DNA of 64,000 nt, from contig JBGANV010000007.1 in NCBI GenBank assembly GCA_044222185.1, positions 160,001-224,000 on the forward strand, given 5' to 3'. The translations under genes were made by a program, and so were the position numbers. A model generated the notes under the pieces. That model made no database searches. It was not told the DNA's origin and saw only the letters and a list, made by a program, of their open reading frames with translations. Below are positions 57,973 through 64,000 of the stretch, piece after piece (positions within the stretch are counted from its first letter, which is position 1; each line of letters begins with the position of its first letter). The stretch is from Planctomycetota bacterium (GTDB lineage Bacteria > Planctomycetota > GCA-002687715 > CAIWVZ01).

Positions 57973-58277
57973 TGGTTGTTCCGTTGCGCGTCGGCGCCGC
58001 GCGCACCGTCGCGGACGACGGGCACCGGGGCCGAAAGGTCGCGGACTGTAACAGAACGTCTCAGACGACGATCTTCATCGAGTCCGTCCGCGGTGTGGTG
58101 AGTTTTCGTCACGCGCGTGAGTCCGCGCGGGATCGGGCGATCGCGCGACAAGCTGAGATCGTGCGCGCGCCAGTTGTCGCGGAATTGTGAATTCCGTGTC
58201 AACCGTGAAACGGGAACAGGAGATCGACCGTAGGCGTCGAATAGATCTCGCATCAGTTTCGATCCGAGGAGGAACGT

Positions 58278-59555
58278 ATGAGGAACGTGACGCTCGCGTG
58301 TTGTCTGCTCGCGCTGTTCGCGTCCGCTCTTCGCGGTCAATCCCAAGGGATTCACTGGGAAGCGGACTGGGGCAGCGGGCTGAAGCGCGCTCAGGCGGAG
58401 GGGAAGCCTCTCATGGTCGCGTTCATCATGGACGCCGAGCCGGCAAATGACGAGGTCGCGCGCCTGCACTTCCACGACGAGAAGGTGGTGGCGGCGTCGA
58501 AGGACTTCGTGTGCATGATCGCGGCGCTCGGCACGCACGACCCGGTCACTGGCGGATCGGAGATCTGCTCACGGTTCGGATGCGTGAAGTGCACCGAACA
58601 CCGTGCAATGCACATCAGGGCGCAGGAGGCCCTCCTGCGTAGCGATCAGGTTTCGGCGCCCCAGTTCGTCTTCGTGAAGCCGGACGGCAAGAGCGTGATC
58701 CTGCGCCACGTCTGGATGCTGGCGCCGCAACAGCTCGTGAAGAAGATGAACGTTGCGCTTGCCCTCCACGATCCGTCGAAGGGTGGCGAGCTCCTGAAGG
58801 AGATGCGCGCCGACGTCGAATCCAAGATCGCCGCGGCGGCTGACAACAATGCGTCCAAGCGTCAGGCGGCACTCGACGAGCTGCTCGCGCTCGATGACCC
58901 GCGAATCGACGAGTTCCTCGTCCGCCAGACGGCCGAGACGGTCGACGAGCAGAAGCGCCTCGAGGCCATCGATGCCATGGGCGGTGCTCGCTCGAATGGC
59001 ACCATCGCCGCCGTGCTGCACAAGTTGCTCGAGTCCAAATCCAGCCAGGTTCGGGCGCACGCCGCCGTCGCGGTCGAGCGTCTGGGACAGGCGGAGAGTG
59101 GCCCCGCGCTTGCCGCCGCACTCAAGCGTGAATCGAAGGAGCGCGTGCGCTCCGACCTGATCCGCGCCCTCGCCGTGTGCGACCCGATCACGCCGGCGTA
59201 CCGCAAGGCGGTCATCTCGGCCATCGGTCAGGGCTCTCAGTCGGAGCGGATCGCGGCGATCCGCGCCGTGATCCCGTTCCGCGGGGACGATGGCGTCAAC
59301 AAGGCGCTCCTGGCGGCTGCCAAGGACTCGGCGGCGCAGGTCCGCGCCGCAGCCTATTCCGCGCTCGCTCGGCGGGACGTACGGGATGCCGTCGGGCTCC
59401 TTCGCTCCGCGGTGAAGACCGAGAAGCTCCTGGATGTCCGGAACCTGGCGAATGCGTCGCTGGCCCGGATCACGGGAGAGAGCTGGCCCGGCCCCGATGG
59501 CGAGTCTGCCGTCAGCGTGAACCTGATCGACGAGGATCTTCGCTCGAAGAAGTGA
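58278..59555 (+). CDS. Secreted thioredoxin-like plus HEAT-repeat protein
   Basis: SD GAGGAGG; signal peptide; I.W..D...GLK.A...GKP.MV; repeated VR..AA.AL. Confidence 0.75.
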   Translation: MRNVTLACCLLALFASALRGQSQGIHWEADWGSGLKRAQAEGKPLMVAFIMDAEPANDEVARLHFHDEKVVAASKDFVCMIAALGTHDPVTGGSEICSRFGCVKCTEHRAMHIRAQEALLRSDQVSAPQFVFVKPDGKSVILRHVWMLAPQQLVKKMNVALALHDPSKGGELLKEMRADVESKIAAAADNNASKRQAALDELLALDDPRIDEFLVRQTAETVDEQKRLEAIDAMGGARSNGTIAAVLHKLLESKSSQVRAHAAVAVERLGQAESGPALAAALKRESKERVRSDLIRALAVCDPITPAYRKAVISAIGQGSQSERIAAIRAVIPFRGDDGVNKALLAAAKDSAAQVRAAAYSALARRDVRDAVGLLRSAVKTEKLLDVRNLANASLARITGESWPGPDGESAVSVNLIDEDLRSKK

Positions 59556-59565
59556 GCGCCGCAGG

Positions 59566-60723
59566 TCAGCGCACGGGCGCGTAGGCGTCGCGCAGCACGG
59601 CTTCGGCCTCGCGACCCTGCGGACTGTAGTCCCACTCGGGCACGGACGCGGCGTCGGTGTAGAAGCGCCACATACAGAGGCCGCGCCACCAGTCCTCACC
59701 GGCGAACGCGCGGATGAGGGCCCGGTAGCAGAGTGCCTGCTGGCGTGCGTTCAACGGGCGGGCCTGCTTGGGTGGAGGGGCCGGCGCCGCGGGCGCGGAG
59801 GCCGTCGCACCGGGAACGGGGGGGCCGAAGTCGGCCGCCGCGGGCGCATCGAGTACCGGTTGCCATCGCCACGGGTAGTACCCGCAGTCGGCGAACGGCG
59901 CGTAACCGACTTCGGTGAAGAACACGGGCCGTCCGTACTGCATGGAGAGTTCCCGCAGGCGCTGGCGGATCGGCTCCCAACCCTCCAACAGCGTTCCGAG
60001 GGTGGCGGGCGGAAGCTCTCGCTTCGGATCGAACGAGTCCTTCGGCAGGCCATCGTCGAGAAGCTCGAAATAGGCGCCGATCCCGATGTAGTCGACGGCA
60101 TCCCACCACGTGATCTGGTCGAAGTCGTCCCAGTTCGCCGAGTACGTCACCGGGCCACCGAAGGCCGCGCGTGCCTTGCGTGCGACCTCGCGCCACTTGT
60201 CCGGGTCGCGTTTGACCGCGGTCCGGTACTCGAGGCCGAGGCCGAGCACGGCGACTCCCTCTTCGCGGGCCAGCGTCGCGAACTGGACGAGGACCTCCGT
60301 GAATCGTTCGAAGAACCGACTCCAATCCTCTTCGGACTTCATGGCGATGTCGGCGCGCCATGGAAATGGAGGCTGAAAGAAGGCGGGACTCTCGATGCGC
60401 GGCAACAGGAACACGCGGAGCCCGGCGGCCCGCGCCGAGCGCAGGAACGCCCTCAGTTTCGCCTCGTCGCCGTCGATGTGCATCTGTGGCGCGTTGATGT
60501 CCGGCATGACGATCTCGGGGCCGATCGCCACGGTGTCGCAGCCCAGTTCGCGCAAATGGCGAAGCGCCGCCAGCCCCTGCGGGGAATCCAACGTCGCGGC
60601 CCCGACCGGCGCGAGCCATGCCCCTTTCATCTGCCCGGCCGAGAACGTCGGCCGCTCATGGGGCCACGCGGCGAGGATGGCCATCGCGAGCGCGGCGAGC
60701 GTGAAGGCGAGGAGAGGACGCAT
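59566..60723 (-). CDS. Glycoside hydrolase family 113-like protein
   Basis: W..FF..F, LG.EY, TYSANWD, D.IGI.AYF.L, FTEVGY, QA..Y.A. Confidence 0.85.
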   Translation of the reverse strand: MRPLLAFTLAALAMAILAAWPHERPTFSAGQMKGAWLAPVGAATLDSPQGLAALRHLRELGCDTVAIGPEIVMPDINAPQMHIDGDEAKLRAFLRSARAAGLRVFLLPRIESPAFFQPPFPWRADIAMKSEEDWSRFFERFTEVLVQFATLAREEGVAVLGLGLEYRTAVKRDPDKWREVARKARAAFGGPVTYSANWDDFDQITWWDAVDYIGIGAYFELLDDGLPKDSFDPKRELPPATLGTLLEGWEPIRQRLRELSMQYGRPVFFTEVGYAPFADCGYYPWRWQPVLDAPAAADFGPPVPGATASAPAAPAPPPKQARPLNARQQALCYRALIRAFAGEDWWRGLCMWRFYTDAASVPEWDYSPQGREAEAVLRDAYAPVR

Positions 60724-60795
60724 GGCAGCTGGTTTCGGATCGGCGGCAGGCGGACCCGCGTCACGAGGGCCGTGAGTCTACACCCGGCGTTCCCG

Positions 60796-61581
60796 TCACG
60801 CCCAGTTGTGCAGGTCCTGCACGACGACCGAACGCCCCCCATCGACCACGAGCGTGGCGCCCGTGATGAAGGACGAGTCGGGCGATGCGAGGAACACCGC
60901 CGCCTTCGCCGCTTCCATCGGGGTTCCAACCCGACCCAAGGGGTGCACGGAGAGGATCCTGCGGAAGTCCTCCTCCGGGTCCGCCGAGCCCTGAAGGCGC
61001 CGTTCCTTGTGATCGGCCTGGATGTAGCCCAGCAGAAGCGTGTTCACGCGGATGTTGTGGGGCCCGAAGTCGATCGCGAGGCTTCTCCCCATGGCCGCGA
61101 CGGCGGCGCGCGAGGTCGAGTGGAGGAATCGCTTGGGCATGGTCCGCTCGGCGTGCGTCGACGAGATGTTCACGATCGCCCCGGACTTGGCCGCCTTCAT
61201 GAACGGGATCGAGTAGCGCGCGCACAGCCATGCGGCTTCCAGGTTGATGGCGATGACGTTGCGCCAATCGTCGCGCGTGACCGTGAGGGCGTCGCCTGGC
61301 ACGCGCAAGGTGGCTGCGTTGACGAGAACGTCGATGGCGCCGAACGCCATGATCGCATCGCCCACCATCGCCTGGATCTGCTCTTCGTCAGCGAGGTCGC
61401 AGACCGCGAAGTGGACGTCGCCGCCTGCGGCGCGGATGGTCTCCGAGAGCTCGTTGCCCGTGTTCTCATCCCGGTCCGTCGCGACGATGCGTGCCCCGTC
61501 GCGGGCCAGTTCGAGGCAGATCGCGCGCCCGACCGTCGACGTCGCCCCGGTCACGATGGCGACCTTGTCCTTCAACCGCAT
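60796..61581 (-). CDS. Short-chain dehydrogenase/reductase, atypical HxxxR
   Basis: KVAIVTGATSTVG, IDVLVN, IVNISS, HSTSR, PLGRVG, ITGATLVVDGG. Confidence 0.88.
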   Translation of the reverse strand: MRLKDKVAIVTGATSTVGRAICLELARDGARIVATDRDENTGNELSETIRAAGGDVHFAVCDLADEEQIQAMVGDAIMAFGAIDVLVNAATLRVPGDALTVTRDDWRNVIAINLEAAWLCARYSIPFMKAAKSGAIVNISSTHAERTMPKRFLHSTSRAAVAAMGRSLAIDFGPHNIRVNTLLLGYIQADHKERRLQGSADPEEDFRRILSVHPLGRVGTPMEAAKAAVFLASPDSSFITGATLVVDGGRSVVVQDLHNWA

Positions 61582-61583
61582 GC

Positions 61584-62789
61584 CTATCCTTTCTTGCGGC
61601 GCACGGGGAGCTGGAGCTGCGTGATGTCCGCGGACCACAACACGATCCGGCACGGCCCGGCGATCTCGACGCCATCGGCTTTCGCCTTCTCCGTGAGACG
61701 TTTTCGTGCGGCCGCTCGCTTGGATTCATCGCGTCCCAGCACCGCAGTCGTGTACACGTCCTGCTCCGTGAACGTCGAGATCCGCGGGTCGTCGCTGCCG
61801 CGGGTCGTCGGGCGAGTTTCGGCCGGCGGCGGGATGATGGGAACGGCTACCGCTGGAACGTGGCCCTCGGCCACCGGTTCGAGGTAGAAGACGGGCCCGT
61901 TTCTCTTCAGGGAGTAGCGGTCGATCCACTTCTGGAGGTCGTGCTCGGCGCGCTCGAGCGCGCTCGTACCGGAGTCCACGTGCTCGAGTAGCGCCACGGT
62001 CAGTGCGGCCGCGGTGCGGGTCCGGATCGGCGGGTCGGTCTTGGGATCCGGTTCTTGGAAGCACGAGTCCTCGATGGGCGAGTTGAACGTGATCGCATCG
62101 ACGCGGTCCTCGGCGATGAACTGGCCGTCGAGGAGGAAGCGGGAGCGTGTCGTCACGAGGAGGCCGTCGATCGTCTTGTGGTCGAGGAGGTCCAGGCGGA
62201 GCACGTGCGTGCCGCGCTCCCCGTAGATCTCGGCCGTCCATTCCACGCGGCGCGGCCAATACGACTTCGAATCGAACCAGACCTTGAACGGACCCCTGGG
62301 TTCGTCGGGGAACGTCACTTCGAGGACTTCCAGCTCGCCGTCGCGGCCGGATTCTCGGATCGTGACGTCCTTCGTCGTCTCGAGGGGGACGAGGAGAGAG
62401 AGGTGCAGCAGCCGCCAGTTCTGGCGGAGTGGCTTCAGCTCCTCGGGTTTCACCGGGTAGGAGAGGTCCTCGAACATCTCCCAGGCCTTTGGTCCGGCCT
62501 GCGCCATGACGAGGTCGGCGTCCGAGGCTTCCTTGTCGATCCGGATGTGGTCCGGGAGCTTCACTCGGACCCGTGCCCGGTACGGGCGCTCGTCCTCGTC
62601 ACCGTGAGTGCGGATCTCGATCGACCGGATCGAGGAGAGCCGCGTCCGACCGCCCAATGCGGCGATGGCGCGCTCGAACGTGCCGGGTGTCGGGGGAGGC
62701 GGGGGCGGCTTGTCGCCGCCTCCGCATCCGGCTGCGACCACGGACACTGCGATCAGGGCAAGGATCGAGGCAGATCTTTTCGACACCAC
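61584..62789 (-). CDS. Hypothetical lipoprotein (LolA-like/DUF N-terminal region, possible GyrI-like C-terminus)
   Basis: Lipobox AAGC; AI.ALGG...L..I motif. Confidence 0.6.
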   Translation of the reverse strand: MVSKRSASILALIAVSVVAAGCGGGDKPPPPPPTPGTFERAIAALGGRTRLSSIRSIEIRTHGDEDERPYRARVRVKLPDHIRIDKEASDADLVMAQAGPKAWEMFEDLSYPVKPEELKPLRQNWRLLHLSLLVPLETTKDVTIRESGRDGELEVLEVTFPDEPRGPFKVWFDSKSYWPRRVEWTAEIYGERGTHVLRLDLLDHKTIDGLLVTTRSRFLLDGQFIAEDRVDAITFNSPIEDSCFQEPDPKTDPPIRTRTAAALTVALLEHVDSGTSALERAEHDLQKWIDRYSLKRNGPVFYLEPVAEGHVPAVAVPIIPPPAETRPTTRGSDDPRISTFTEQDVYTTAVLGRDESKRAAARKRLTEKAKADGVEIAGPCRIVLWSADITQLQLPVRRKKG

Positions 62790-62861
62790 CGACTCGGAAA
62801 GTGAGGCCGGACGGTACTAAGAACTGCGGGGCTGCCACAGTGGCGCACGGGCGGCGCCGTT

Positions 62862-63590
62862 TCACCGCCCGAGCTTCGTCCTCGCGAACTGCCACGCCTC
62901 TGCGGGCGCGATCACGGAACATTCCGACCGGGAACCCTCGGGCGGCGTGGTGAAAGCGCTGCCGTGCCGATGCGCGACGAACGCGTCGATGCGATCCAGG
63001 ATGACGCGGGCACTGGTCTTCAGCTCGCCACCGCGGGTGAGCGCCATCAGAGTCACGTCCGCGGACGCGTAATCGCGAAACGAATTGCCCTCGGCCACCA
63101 GCGTGGATCCGGGCGGGACCTGCCTCAGAGCCGCGTTCAGGCCGGCGGGGAGCGCCCGAGGGCTCACGACCAGCCAGATGACGTCGTGGGCACCGGCGGC
63201 GTAGTACCGGCCCGTGTCCTTCCGTGGCACGTCCAGACTTGCTCGATCGGTGATCACCCGGAAGTCGCCGGAGAGGGAATCGCACGTGTGACAGGTGTCG
63301 ACGCCTCGTGGGCAATCTCCCGAGTGTGTCCGCGTGACCTTCAGCGCGCAGACGGCCCGGCCGAGACCTGCAAGCCCCCGGATGATCGTCTCGCACAGCC
63401 AGGTCTTGCCCGTGTTGCTCGCTCCGCCGGTCACGGAGACGGTCGCGGCGATCCCAGGGAACGCAGCCCTCACGTCCAACCGCTCTCGGACCGTGGACGG
63501 AATGGGCTCCGCGAACGGCGACCCGCGTGATGTCGCCGTGCCCGGGCGGCTTGGGGCGGCGCGGCCGAGTCGGGTGTCGTCGCCGGACAC
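62862..63590 (-). CDS. MobB-like P-loop protein with Cys cluster
   Basis: VTGGASNTGKT, CPRG..TC.TC, KDT..Y..AGA, EGNS; start uncertain. Confidence 0.6.
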   Translation of the reverse strand: MSGDDTRLGRAAPSRPGTATSRGSPFAEPIPSTVRERLDVRAAFPGIAATVSVTGGASNTGKTWLCETIIRGLAGLGRAVCALKVTRTHSGDCPRGVDTCHTCDSLSGDFRVITDRASLDVPRKDTGRYYAAGAHDVIWLVVSPRALPAGLNAALRQVPPGSTLVAEGNSFRDYASADVTLMALTRGGELKTSARVILDRIDAFVAHRHGSAFTTPPEGSRSECSVIAPAEAWQFARTKLGR

Positions 63591-63598
63591 GGGGACCG

Positions 63599-63856
63599 CT
63601 ACTTCCCGTCCTTGAAGGCTTCAGGGTCCATCGTGAGGCGGATGGCACAGCCCTGCGAGCAGACCCTGCGGACCTTTCCGTCGATCCGGACTTCCACCCC
63701 GCGATCGGCGGGGAAGCGCGTGCCCTCCACCGGGCATGCGATCGTCGCCGCTGGAGCCGGCGCTGGTGCAGGCGGGGGTGGCTTCGGCTCGTCGCCGCAA
63801 CCGCCGAGGGTCAGGCCGACGGTGAACACGAGCCCGATGATGAAGCGGCGCGTCAT
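63599..63856 (-). CDS. Small lipoprotein with YHS/TRASH-like metal-binding motif
   Basis: Lipobox LGGC; CPV.G...CSQGC. Confidence 0.65.
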   Translation of the reverse strand: MTRRFIIGLVFTVGLTLGGCGDEPKPPPPAPAPAPAATIACPVEGTRFPADRGVEVRIDGKVRRVCSQGCAIRLTMDPEAFKDGK

Positions 63857-63950
63857 GGAAGTGTCGCGATGATAGATCGCGCCGAGGGTGCTCGCTACCA
63901 TCGCCGCTCGATCCGCGACGACGTCTTCCGTCGCGTTCGACCTGAGCGAC

Positions 63951-64000
63951 ATGCCCGATCACCTCGACGGCCTCAACCCGCAGCAGTTCGATGCCGTAGA
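63951..64000 (+). CDS. 5' start of a UvrD/PcrA/Rep-type helicase (runs off the window)
   Basis: MPDHLDGLNPQQFDAV matches the LN..Q..AV Q-motif; only 16 codons visible. Confidence 0.6.
   Translation, partial: MPDHLDGLNPQQFDAV

Noticed and set aside
58190-58250. Possible riboswitch or structured leader (GAGATC...GATCTC stem)
   Set aside because: No recognisable riboswitch consensus; short stems are expected by chance; an Rfam/Infernal scan would decide

Overview
High-GC bacterial window, most likely Planctomycetota (inferred from Ser/Thr kinases with RDD or WD40 modules, HEAT-repeat, FG-GAP and beta-helix secreted proteins, and ECF-type sigma sequences). Most of it is ordinary chromosome with about 40 CDSs. 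I found no rRNA, tRNA or CRISPR array. The main finding is a layered variable locus at about 20.1-29.3 kb, where the 3' end of an M23-like gene occurs three times. One copy has 13 substitutions, all synonymous, and carries what looks like the native stop; another is a 140-bp identical copy. The copies bracket a SIR2-HerA anti-phage pair, an IS256 remnant, a DUF6259-like secreted protein and decayed tails of the neighbouring surface-protein genes, with no integrase in the window. A second islet (about 47.7-49.75 kb) carries a 5'-truncated TcmP-like gene with DUF5131, a perfect 15-bp inverted repeat and an orphaned ECF sigma C-terminus. All family calls come from motifs read by eye; no database searches were run.
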